This document shows, piece by piece, positions 35,020-46,346 of a stretch of 64,000 nucleotides of DNA; the first letter of the stretch is position 1, and the number at the start of each line of letters is the position of its first letter. The position numbers and the translations under genes were made by a program. The notes beneath the pieces were generated by a model. It saw nothing but the letters and a program-made list of their open reading frames with translations, was not told the DNA's origin and ran no database searches. Origin of the DNA: Somniosus microcephalus (lineage: Eukaryota); the NCBI GenBank assembly GCA_052327205.1, contig CM126211.1, positions 176,948,001 to 177,012,000 on the forward strand. The letters run 5' to 3'.

Positions 35020-35890
35020 CATAGAAAACATAGAAGATAGGAGCAGGAGTAGGCCATTCAATGCGATCATGGCTGATCAACTATTTCTAGGGCCACTTCC
35101 TCAAGTACCCTAGGATGTAGATTATCAGGCCCTGGGGATTTATCGGCCTTCAATCCCATCAATTTCCCTACAAATACTGATTTCTTTCAGTTCCTGCCTT
35201 TCATTAGACACTATGTTCCCCAACATCTCTGGGAGGTTAATTGTGTCTGCCATTTCTTTGCTCCCCATTATAAATTCCCCTGATTCTGACTGCAAGGGAC
35301 CTACGCTTGACTTCACCAATCTTTTTCTCTTCACTTATCTATAGAAGCTTTTACAGTCAGTTTTTATGTTCCCTGCAAGCTTACTCTCATACTCTATTTT
35401 CCCCCTCTTAATTAATCCCTTTGTTCTCCTTTGCTGAATCCTAAACTGCTCCCAATCCTCAGGCTTGCTACTTTTTCTGGCCAATTTGTATGTCCTCTCC
35501 TTGGATCTTATGCTATCCCTAATTTCCCTTGTTAGCCACGGTTGAGTCACCTTTTTTGTTTTATTTTTATGCCAAACACGGATGAACAAATTCTGTAGTT
35601 CATCCATGCGATCTTAAAATGTTTGCCATTACCTATAACCCTTTAAGTAACATTCCCCAATCCATCCTACCCAACTCGCACCTCATAGCATCATAGTTTC
35701 CTTTATTTAAATTCAGGACCCGAGTCTCTGAGTCAAATACTTCACTCTCCATCTTAATGAAGAATTCTATCATATTATGATTGTTCCGTGCCAAGGGGCC
35801 TCGCACAACAAGACTGCTAATTAATCCTGCCTCTTTAAGCGACAATGCTAACCCACCTCCTTTTTGCCTGTCTTTCCTGAATATTGAATA
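35020..35890 (-). mobile_element. Mosaic of CR1 fragments (tail, EN-RT linker, EN)
   Basis: PWLTREIRDSIRSKE, EYESKLAGNIKTDCKSFY and NHNMIEF motifs. Confidence 0.8.
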
Positions 35891-35892
35891 GC

Positions 35893-36840
35893 AGAGAGCG
35901 CGTGCATGCGAGCGGGCGCGGAGAGAGAGAGAGCGAGGGCGGGGCGGAGAGAGAGAGAGAGAGCGAGGGCGGGGCGGAGAGAGAGAGCGCGCGAGGGGGC
36001 GGGGAGAGAGAGAGCGCGTGCGCGAGGGGGCGGGGCGCAGAGAGAGAGCGCGCGCGAGGGGGGGCCGCAGGGAGAGAGCGCGCGCGAGGGGGGGGCCGCA
36101 GGGAGAGAGCGCGCGCGCGAGGGGGGGGGCCGGAGGGAGAGAGCGCGCGCGAGGGGGGGGCCGCAGGGAGAGCGCGCGCGCGCGAGGGGGCGGGGGCGCA
36201 GGGAGAGAGCGCGCGCGAGGGGGCGGGGCCGCAGGGAGAGAGAGAGAGCGCGCGCGAGGGGGGGCGCCGCAGGGAGAGCGCGCGCGCGAGGGGGGCGCCG
36301 CAGGGAGAGCGCGCGCGCGCGAGAGGGGGCCGCAGGGAGAGCGCGCGAGGGGGCGGGGCGCAGGGAGCGCCCGCGCGCGAGGGGGCGGGGCGCAGGGAGC
36401 GCCCGCGCGCGAGGGGGCGGGGCGCAGGGAGCGCCCGCGCGCGAGGGGGCGGGGCGCAGGGAGCGCCCGCGCGCGAGGGGGCGGGGCGCAGGGAGCGCCC
36501 GCGCGCGAGGGGGCGGGGCGCAGGGAGCGCCCGCGCGCGAGGGGGCGGGGCGCAGGGAGCGCCCGCGCGCGAGGGGGCGGGGCGCAGGGAGCGCCCGCGC
36601 GCGAGGGGGCGGGGCGCAGGGAGCGCCCGCGCGCGAGGGGGCGGGGCGCAGGGAGCGCCCACGCGCGAGGGGGCGGGGCGCAGGGAGCGCCCGCGCGCGA
36701 GGGGGCGGGGCGCAGGGAGAGAGAGCACGCGAGGGGGCGGGGCGCAGGGAGAGAGCGCGCGCGAGGGGGCGGGGCGCAGGGAGAGAGAGCACGCGAGGGG
36801 GGGGCGCAGGGAGAGAGCGCGCGCGAGGGGGGGGGCCCCC
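35893..36840. repeat. GC-rich minisatellite with 11 near-perfect 32-bp units at 36361-36712
   Basis: Unit CAGGGAGCGCCCGCGCGCGAGGGGGCGGGGCG, flanked by degenerate (GA)n/(GC)n variants; no T on the + strand from 36020 to 36840. Confidence 0.95.
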
Positions 36841-39534
36841 TGTCATCGGTTGGTTCATCAGCTTCCGATGCTACTGTTTCTGGGGTAGATGCGACCTGTA
36901 CGTCGGGTTCATCCCCGTGACTCTAGGATCTGGTCAGCATGGCGTCTCACGATGCTCTCCCCAACGTCCACTGTGTACATTAGTGGGCCCTGCCGTGTGC
37001 ATATCGTTCCTGGCTGCCATTTTTCTGTTCGGTAGTCGCGGGCCAAGGCTGGTTGCCCTACATTGAAGCTCCTTGTTGGCTTCTCATGGATGTGCTGGAA
37101 TTGCTTACTCTCACCATCTCTTCGTACGTTTGGTCTGAGCAAATCCAGGCGAGATCTTAACCTTCGGTTAAAGAACATCATGGCTGGGGCCCGGTTGGTG
37201 ACTGCATGTGTCGCATTCCGGTAGGCGAACAGGAAATTGTCCACCTTGTGCTGCAGCGGAATGTTATCATTGTACATAGCCTTTATTGCCTTCTTAAAGG
37301 TTTGTACGAACCTCTCAGCCAATCCATTTGTGGCTGGACGATACGGGCGGATGTGTAATGCCTTACCCCATTCTTTTTCAAGAACCTCCGGAACTCTTCG
37401 GACACAAACTATGGTCCGTTGTCGGAGCAAATCTGTTCTGGCAAGCCATTCCTGGCAAAAATGGTCCGTAGGGCTGCAATAGTTTTCTCCGTGGTGGTGG
37501 AGGACATTTTGATGACCTCAGGCCATTTCGAGTGCGCATCCACAGCTATTAAAAACATTGAGTCCATGAATGGACCAGCAAAATCAATATGCACCCGTTG
37601 CCATGGAGATGAGGGCCACTCCCATGGGTGTAGAGGGGCCTGTGGTGGTGCATTTTGGACTTTCTGGCATCCTGAGCAGCTCTTGGTCAGGTCCTCGATT
37701 TGTTTATCGATTCCCAGCCACCACACATAAGCCCTGGCTAGGCTTTTCATTTTTACCCCTCCCAGATGACCCTCATGAAGCTCATTGAGCACTCTATCCC
37801 TTAACTTGGGTGGAATTACCACTCAGGATCCACACATCAAGGTCCCCCGGCACACTGACAGCTGTTCTCTCCTTGTCGAGAATGCTGGCAACAGTGAGTC
37901 GCCATGTGCTGGCCATCCCTTCACCGTCAAATCATATACCAGAGACAGTGTCGGGTCATTTCGGGTTTCCTTTTCGATACAAGCGTTAGTTACCGGTAGG
38001 TATTCAACTATAGTCAAATGGAATATTTCGACAGGATCCACTGCTGGTGCTTCCTCCGCAGTAGGCAGTGGCAGGCGTGATAGCCCATCAGCATTTCCAT
38101 GCTGTTTCGTGCCCTTATATTCAATCTCATAGTGGTGCGCCCCTAGAAAAAGTGACCATCTTTGTAGTCGTTGCGCAGTCATCACCGGAACGCCCTTCTT
38201 TGGATTAAAAATGAAGAGGCTGGTGATCAGTCAGCAAGGTGAATTTATGCCCGTGCAGATAGTGATTGAACTTTTTTACTCCCCACACTAGGCTGAGGGC
38301 CTCCCTGTCAATCTGGGCGTAGTTACGCTCGGCTGATGTTAGTGATCGTGACGCAAAGGCTATTGGCCTCTCTGAGCCGTCCGAGAATTTGTGCGACAGC
38401 ACCGCTCCAATGCCGTAGGGTGACGCACCACATGCCAACCGAATTGGTAATGCTGGGTTGTAATGGGCCAATACCTCTTTCGATGTGATTAGTGTTTTGC
38501 TCTTCTCGAAAGCTCGTCTACATTCGTCACTCCACTTCCATGGCACCCCAGTTTGCAGCAGGGTGTTCAGTGGGTGTAGTATTGTAGACAAATGTGGCAA
38601 GAACTTATGGTAGTAGTTTACCAGCCCGAGGAACAACCTCAGTTGTGACACATTTTCCGGTGCTGGAGCCTTGACTACTGCCTCAATCTTCTCTGCAGAC
38701 TTATGTAACCCCTCATTAGCGATAACGTGGCCACAATACGAGATCTGTTTTCTAAAAAACTCGCATTTGGGGCGGTTAGCTCGGAGCCCATATTCCTGCA
38801 ATCTAGTGAGCACCTGCTCCAGGTTGGCAAGGTGATCACTGTCATTTTCGCCCGTGACCAGGATGTCGTCCAAATAACACTGGGTCCCTGGGATCCCTTG
38901 CAGGACTTGTTCCATTGCCCTCTGCCAAATAGCCGGAGCTGATGCTACCCCGAATACCAGCCGGTTGTATTGGTAGAGACCTTTATGGGTGTTGATTGTG
39001 AGGTATTTTTTTGATGCTTCTTCTATCTCCATTTGCAGATACGCCTGGGCCAGATCAATCTTAGTGAAGCGTTTCCCTCCAGATAGCGAGGCGAAAATAT
39101 CTTCAATCCGCGGAAGTGGATATTGTACGGTGTGAAGGACCGGGTTCGCTGTTACCTTAAAGTCCCCACAGATGCGAACCTTCCTTGGTTCCCCAGGCGT
39201 GCTGCTCAACGACTTTTTCATCACAGGGACGATGGGTGTAGCCCACTCGCTCCAGTCTACCTTGGACAGTACACCTGAACGTTCCAGACTCTCCAGCTCC
39301 GCTTCGACGGCTGGGCGGATCGCATAAGGTCTGGCCTTAAAAAATTTGGGGCTTGCGTTTTCTTCAATTTTAATCGTCGCGGTCATGCCTTTTAGTGTTC
39401 CGAGTCCTTGCTGGAACACTTCTTTCACGTCAGTTAGGATCTTTGACAGTTGCCCAGGTGTGACATCGTCATCCTTTTTGTCAGCCACAGTCAGTGCCTG
39501 TATGGAATGCCAATCCAGTTGTATTTTCCGGATC
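36841..39534 (-). pseudogene. Gypsy pol: RT, RNase H, integrase (frameshifted)
   Basis: ORFs 38205.., 37823.., 37409.. and 36909..; RICGDFK, YLDD, ASPYGIGAVL, LHEGH..CSGC and HIDFAGP motifs. Confidence 0.93.
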
Positions 39535-39538
39535 CATT

Positions 39539-40110
39539 TGAGAATACCAAGGTCAAGGAAATAGAAACAAGAAACTGTGAAGGCAGCAAGAAGTAAAATA
39601 AAAAGGCTAAACTGATCTTTGGCTGCTAATATGGCTGGCGCCCACAATGTCACACCTTGCTGATAGGAACAATGTAAGGCAGCGTGCAGAAGTTATACAG
39701 ACAATAGGCGATCAGAAAACGCATTACCATGATTGCAAACGCATTACCATAATGTTTAGGTGATCGTGAACACATTACCAGGATGTTTACTTAGCTGTAA
39801 CCCATTCAGTTAAATGTGACTTCTTTATTTCAAACTGCCAGGCCAGGAAATCAAATTAAATGTATACGTGCACAGCTCAGGATTGGTGCAGGAATGTACG
39901 AGGTGTTAATGTCTTCTCAAATGCAAGTATAATAATGTAGCACACTGTATGAAAAATTGCTTGCTCTGTTGGGTTCGTCAGACTCTTGCAGGAGTCGGTG
40001 CCAACATTTCAGAGTAAGACTCCGCGGAAAATAAATCGTTTGAATTCTCCAGTTGCATTCGACTCAGTGATTACTGAACCAGACTGAGGGTAAAAGAATC
40101 CGTTCTATCA
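39539..40110 (+). promoter_or_regulatory. ERV 5' LTR
   Basis: Direct repeat of 46843-47414 with 3 mismatches by manual comparison; AATAAA at 40030-40035; U3 repeats AAACGCATTACCAT. Confidence 0.95.
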
Positions 40111-40112
40111 TT

Positions 40113-40130
40113 TGGTGTCAGAAGTGGGAT
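40113..40130 (+). other. Primer binding site, tRNA-Leu (CAA/CAG type)
   Basis: TGGTGTCAGAAGTGGGAT is the 18-nt complement of the vertebrate tRNA-Leu 3' end ATCCCACTTCTGACACCA. Confidence 0.9.
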
Positions 40131-40209
40131 CTCAACGGACAGTCACCGAGAGTTCGCGAACTAAGAGTTGAATCATCTCGGACGTGGAGAGAGGAAATGG
40201 GCCCCCGAT

Positions 40210-40215
40210 GTAAGT
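40210..40215 (+). promoter_or_regulatory. Probable ERV major splice donor
   Basis: GTAAGT consensus about 80 nt downstream of the PBS, the usual retroviral position. Confidence 0.6.
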
Positions 40216-40349
40216 AGTTTCTTGTACTACCTCGGTTTTCCTCTGATTCCGCCAGTCTGACGACGAGTCAGCCAATCGCTAACTCCTGTGTGGTGTCCCG
40301 CCGAGATCCAGGTCAGTCTGGCAAATACTGGAAGGGATAGGTGATTAGG

Positions 40350-40485
40350 TCAGTGATCGGATATCACTGAGGGTCAGTGATCGGATATCACTGAGGGTCA
40401 GTGATCGGATATCACTGAGGGTCAGTGATCGGATATCACTGAGGGTCAGTGATCGGATATCACTGAGGGTCAGTATACGTACTGA
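40350..40485 (+). repeat. Leader tandem hairpin array (5 x 24-nt period plus 1 variant)
   Basis: TCAGTGAT-CGGAT-ATCACTGA-GGG five times, then TCAGTA-TACG-TACTGA. Confidence 0.92.
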
Positions 40486-40624
40486 GGGAATAACTAGGAA
40501 CTGTGTAAACTTAGAAATAAGCACTTGTGTCAGGTAAAGAGCGTCGACCTCCTATATCACTTGGCCCGCCTAGGCTCTGAACAAGTTTAAAACGCGACTG
40601 TGTAAAGTTCACAAGGGGAGTAAG

Positions 40625-42680
40625 ATGGGCAACTGTTTAGATACCACGACTGAATCGGGTAGCGCCTTACAGACCCTTTGTGAACAACATCCTGACAAAG
40701 CAAAGCAACTTAGACAGTTGTCGGGAGGATTGAATAAGAAATTAGGAAGTGATCAATGGCCACTAGGAGGAACTAAGAATCTAGATGCCGCTAAAAAGGC
40801 TCAAGAACTAATTTGGAAAAGTAACAGGGGTACCACAGCCAAAGAACTAATTGCCCTATGGAGACAGTACTGTCAGGAACTGAAAGAAACTTCCTTGTTA
40901 GCAAGTTGGCAGGATAATGCCTTAAAATTAGGAATAGCACTTACAGGGGGAGGGGTAGTCAAATCAGTAGAGGTATTGAAAAAGGAATGCGCTCATGAGA
41001 AACGCTCAAAACAGGAGTCTGAAAAGACCACGAGCGAGCCTGGAAAGGCTGATAAGAGTGGATTACGTAATCCAATGGTTGGCCTTGCCTTGACAGAGGG
41101 AGATGGTGATGATGATTTGGACGAATGGAATCACAGGGCTCAGGTTGTTCCCACGCTCCCCCCCCCCCCCCGTATGTTAACATTTATCCCCCGGTGGCAC
41201 CCGCACCAGCTGCACAAACCCCCGCGCCGACACCAAGTATCTGCCAGTGCCGTTTCCCCGCCGCTGTCAGTCACGGTTCAGATGAACAGTCCCCCGCCGG
41301 TCCAGATGGGAGACCAACAACCGGGTCCCCAGTATACCGACCCTGTTGCCTTTTACACCCGACTCAGGACTAAGAATAATCGGCCCCCGACGACACCCTC
41401 CCCACCCCAACCCAGTCCATCAAGGTCACGAAAACGGAGAAATCAAAGGCAGATGATTCAAAGTCAGAGACTAGAGAGTCAGAGCCAGAGTACCCTCAAG
41501 GCTTTAAGGTCCTTTTTAGAGTGCCGGGACCATAGTGACATTGACAGTGGAGATTCAGGAGACGACTTGTCATCCCTGGAATCAGAATCTGATACCGAGA
41601 GACCCGCCAGACATAAACCGACACCCCGGCAGTTGCCGGTGAGACAAATGCCTAACCCTGCCTTTAACGCAAATATTCCAGTGGCCGCCGATAACCCCCG
41701 GACCATAGGTATCTTCTACCCCTGGAAACCTAACGAGATAATGGTTATCTTAGCCGGGATGCCAGATAGGAAGAAATCCCCCACCTTGTTTGTAGAATTC
41801 CTCCGGACTACTATACTCGTCTATAATGCTGAATCAAGAGACTTATGGGCGTTAGTACAGCAGATCTTGAATCCCGCCGAACATGCAAGGTTTTTGGTTA
41901 ACCTAGGCTTTGAGGACCATGCCACATTAGAGGCTCAAAACGCACAGAGTGCTGCTCGTGAACGCGCCATACTCACTGCTTTAACCACCACCCTGCAGAA
42001 ACCCATTGATATATCCAAGGGATACTAAACCACGAAAGGGCGAGGGAGCAGAGGAATTCCTAGAGAGATTCTCTGAGGTGTATCGGAGTCAGTCAGGAGA
42101 TGCTAATTACCGGAACGGAGCAAACTCGCCGCAATACTGTGCTATCCTGATAAATTGTCTACCAACCTCAGTGTCTGAAGCAATTAAGACTAACAATATG
42201 GACTGGTCAGAGAATAGTCCCAGCCAGATGGCCAGGGCAGTGAAATATTATTGGAAAGAGTAAGAGTCAGGAGAGTCAGCCCCAGGTCAAGGTCAAGACT
42301 GAGTACGTGATAAAAAAAGAGCCAAAGCCCACCCAAGATGTGATAGGGTATCAGACGGAGCCCAGTACTGCGTCCCAGGGTGGGTTGATAGACAAGGGTA
42401 CAGAGATACCAGCCATCCCAACGGACCAACCGTCCCTAATTATGGCCCACCCTACGCTCCCCCAAGACAAAATTTCGGCGATAGAGGAAGAGGAGGGAGG
42501 CAAGCAGGGTCAGATACCTGTTTTAATTGTGGCCAGCAAGGCCATTGGAGCAGGGAATGTCCCTCCCGAAGACAAGGAAGAGGGGGCCACATGCAAGGAC
42601 AACGGGGAGGTTGGCAGGGAAATCGGGGAGGAGGAAGATATACAGACTTCTCCCAGAATAATCCGTTTCCCCAGTACTGA
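40625..42680 (+). pseudogene. gag: ERV gag (frameshifted)
   Basis: MGNC myristoylation start; PPPPY late domain in a shifted frame at ~41160; MHR-like KPRKGEGAEEFLERF; NC knuckle CFNCGQQGHWSREC at 42519-42560; TGA at 42678-42680. Confidence 0.88.
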
Positions 42681-45600
42681 CTAGCCAACCTCGTGGCGAA
42701 CGGGTTCCAGTCGGACAAGGAGCCCGTTCTATCCCTGCTGATTGAAGGGAGCAGACATACCTTTCTGGTAGACACCGGAGCTATGTCATCTGTCCGATCA
42801 GAGCTCAATCTCCCTAAATCCGGGGAGACACAAAGCCTGTCCGGATTCCAAGGACAAGTGTGCCAGTACCCGATATCAGAACCAGTTGAAGTAGCATTTC
42901 AAAATGAGTCTGTGAAACACCAATTCGTGATCACAAATGGGCTGGATTGCAATCTCATGGCCAGAGACCGGTTATGTGCATTTCAACTAAGACTTGAGTG
43001 TGGGAACGAAGGAATAACTGTAAAACCATGGGCCCCTAAAAGACAATGTTACGTCTCTATCGCCCCACAATGGTGGACTCTGAACTTAAAAGATGAACCC
43101 CCATCTCATGTAACCCTAGCTTATGATCGAAGTGGGAAAGATAAGGAGTTGGAGAATTTTTACCAAGCTTATGAAGGGACTGAGTGGGATGTTGTTCTCC
43201 GAGCCATAGTTACGGGACCGGAGGGGAAAGCAGAATATGTTGAGGTTCCCTCGGAATTGTGGAAGCAACCCCTAACTGTAGCCCCACACATCACCCGGGA
43301 AGTGAACTCCCCCTGCCGTGCGGAAGATCTGGGACCCATGGTAAAACAGGCAGTTGAACAAGCTAACCCAGATGACCGGCGGGAGCAGGCCGTCAGGCGG
43401 TCGAGCTATCCTGTTATACCAAGAGCCAAAGGTAGTCTTGACACAGTTGCACCACCACGTTGGGAATGAGGTACCGGAATACGTCAATCCGCAAGTGTGG
43501 GCAGAAGACCCCACACAGGTAGGATGCGTTAAAATAACTCCAGCACGCCTTCTTCGCCTTGCCACTGGAACCGGCAAGCCAGTACCTCTTTGCTTTTACT
43601 TATAATGGACAACAATATACGTGGACCCGACTGCCGCAAGGCTTTGTAAACTCTCCAACATTATTCTCTAGGTGCCTACAAGGACAGTTGCAGACTTTGA
43701 CCTTGAAACATGGTTCTGCTCTGGTCCAGTACGTGGACGATTTGCTAATAGCTAGCCCTGACGAACAAAGTAACCGGGAAGACACCGCCCAGTTGCTTAA
43801 TCACCTATTCTCACTCGGGTACGTAGTCTCTCAATCAAAGGTACTAGTGGCCCAACAGAAAGTTAAATTCCTCGGCTTCATGCTCTCAGCAACCGAGCGG
43901 AGTCTAGAGAGAAGCAGGATTGAGCCAATCTGTCAGTTCCCCGTACCCCGTAGTGCAAAACAAGTGAGGCAATGGATGGGGATGGTAAACTACTGTAGAC
44001 AATGGATACCCAACATCGCTCTAGAAACCAAACGACTAACACCATACACCAGTATGGAGGGCGAGTTCCAGCTAGACCCTGTCGCCATAAGAGCGTTTGA
44101 AAACCTAAAAGAAGCATTGTCACAAGCCCCAGCACTGGGGAGACCCCTGTATGACAGGCCCTTCCAGCTATACTGCACTATCCTCACTGATTGTTCGACT
44201 GCTGTCCTAACGCAAAAACATGGGGACAAGCATAGGCCGGTGGCTTACTACTCCTCGAAGTTAGATCCGGTAGCGCTAGGGCATCCCGTATGCACCCAGA
44301 TTCTGACCGCCATCTATAATAGCCTACAATCGGCTGCCAACCTAACTTTGCAACAAGATATTACTGTATACAGTTTGCACTCGGTAACTGCACTATTAGG
44401 CCAATTACAAACTCAGCACCTCACTATGGCCCGACAAAATAAGTACGAGATATACCTGTTGAATAATCCTAAACTGCAATTTAAGCATTGTACTACTATC
44501 AACCCAGCATGTTTTCCTCACAGAACCACCCCTCGAACAAACAGACCCAGGACATGATTGTCTATTTTTAATCAAGGAAGATACCTCCATCAGGGAGGAT
44601 CTATCTGATGCCCCAATGCAGAGTCCTGACACAACCATGTATGTAGATGGAAGTGCGTCCGTCAGTCCCCTTGGGAAAAGACTTTCTGGATATGCAATCG
44701 TAGATCAGGACAGTAATACTTTGGAGTCTGCCGCCTTTGAACTTCCGTATTCCGCCCAACAAGCAGAACTGTTCGCATTAATACGAGCTTGTATCTTAGG
44801 GAAGGACTTAAAAGGTTAACGTTTATACAGACTCGAGATATGCCTTCGGAGTGGTTCATGATTTCAGACAATTATGGAAAAACAGAGGGTTCCTAACCTC
44901 TGCAGGAACACAGATATCCCATCAGAAATTAGTATCGGATTTGCTACAAGCCCTCATGCTACCAAAACAGATCTCCGTGATAAAGTGCTCCGCACACACA
45001 GCAGGACAAACCCCTGTAGATATAGGGAATAGATGCGCTGACCAGGGAGCAAGGGAAGCGTCCCAGGAACGACGAGTGGTTGTGCCTAGAATGATGAGCC
45101 AGACTAAAAGCTCAAATAAAAGCAAGTCTCCCTCGGAAAAGCCAATGCCAACCATCCAAGACGTCATTAAGTTACAGGAGGACGCTCCTGACCGTGATAG
45201 GGGACTGTGGAAACAGCTCGGTTGTACATATGATTGTGTGTCTAAATTATGGGTCACCCCTGCCGAGCAAACTTGTATGTCAGATGAGCTAGCATTATGG
45301 GTTATTGAATGTATACACTTTGCAACTCATTGTGGTGCCAGAGCAACTAGTGACACGTTATTAGCTACATGGTGGCATCCTAGATTACAAGCTCTGGCTC
45401 AAGGTATTAGCAGTCGCTGCCTCATTTGTCAGCAGCATAACCCGGGAAAAGGCATACCTTGTGAAACGGGTAAGACGCCGTTACCCACGGGTCCCTTTGA
45501 GACCCTCCAGATGGACTAAATTGAATTAGAAAGGTGTCAGTGTTATAAATATGTACTGGTTATTGTTGATGTATTTAGTAAGTAGATTGAGGCCTACCCG

Positions 45601-46299
45601 ACTACAGATAACAAAGCCTCCACTGTTGTAAAAGTTTTAAGGAGAGAAATTATTCCAAGGTACGGAATTCCAAACCGATTAAGTTCAGACAACGGCCCTC
45701 ACTTCGTGGGTCTGGTAAACAAGGAGTTCTGCACTCAAATGGGCATCCAACAGCAGCTACATTGTGCCTACAGGCCACAGGCCGCCGGACTGGTCGAGCG
45801 GGCTAATCAGACCTTGAAAAATAAACTTGCCAAATTACAGGCCGAGACGGGAACTACATGGCTCAAACTACTCCCCGTGGCCTTGTTCCAAATACGCACT
45901 ACCCCGGCTGGTGCAGCAAGATTAAGCCCTGCTGAAATCATATATGGCAGACCTCTCAAAACCCCGTGGAACCAGGAAGTCCCAAAGACTGTCCACTTTC
46001 ACCACATGACGGCAGAAATGACTAACTATATTTTGTCGTTAACCAGGGCATTGAAAAGTTTGCACTCCCGGGTACGCGCTGCTTACATCGACCTCCCTCC
46101 TATAGTCAGTCCGTCCCAGGTCGAGCCCGGAGCGTACGTATTAATCAAGAATTGGACGCGAAAAGGATTGGAACCTCGTTGGGAAGGACCCTATCAAGTC
46201 CTACTCACCACCCCAACTGCTGCCAAAGTAGAGGGAAAGAGTGCTTGGGTTCACCTCCACCACTGTAAAATTGTCAGTAATGCTATGCCTGAAACTTAA
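42681..46299 (+). pseudogene. pol: ERV pro-pol: protease, 2H-like domain, RT (N-terminal deletion), RNase H, integrase
   Basis: FLVDTGA; LPQGF..SP and YVDDLL; YVDGS, SAQQAEL, YTDSRY; H..TH/CLIC, SDNGPHF, VERAN, PRWEGPY. Stops at 45517 and 45583 and several frameshifts. Confidence 0.93.
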
Positions 46300-46346
46300 A
46301 GAACGCTAACCTCTCTTGCTTCCAAGAAATCTCTCCCTAAACAGAC

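Noticed and set aside
35835-37066. Five long overlapping ORFs (297-386 aa) rich in Arg/Ala/Pro/Gly
   Set aside because: They result from a T-free minisatellite that cannot form stop codons; the 32-aa periodicity equals three DNA units.
39636-39644. TGGCGCCCA resembling a tRNA-Lys PBS
   Set aside because: Only 9 nt and inside U3; the real 18-nt PBS follows the LTR.
38205-39653. 482-aa ORF that looks like an RT with a hydrophobic leader
   Set aside because: A chance in-frame fusion of antisense ERV LTR to Gypsy pol. It starts at GTG, and the same leader appears at 46715..46957 from the other LTR.
40350-40485. CRISPR-like palindromic repeats
   Set aside because: Spacers are an invariant GGG, there are no cas genes, and the context is a eukaryotic retroviral leader.
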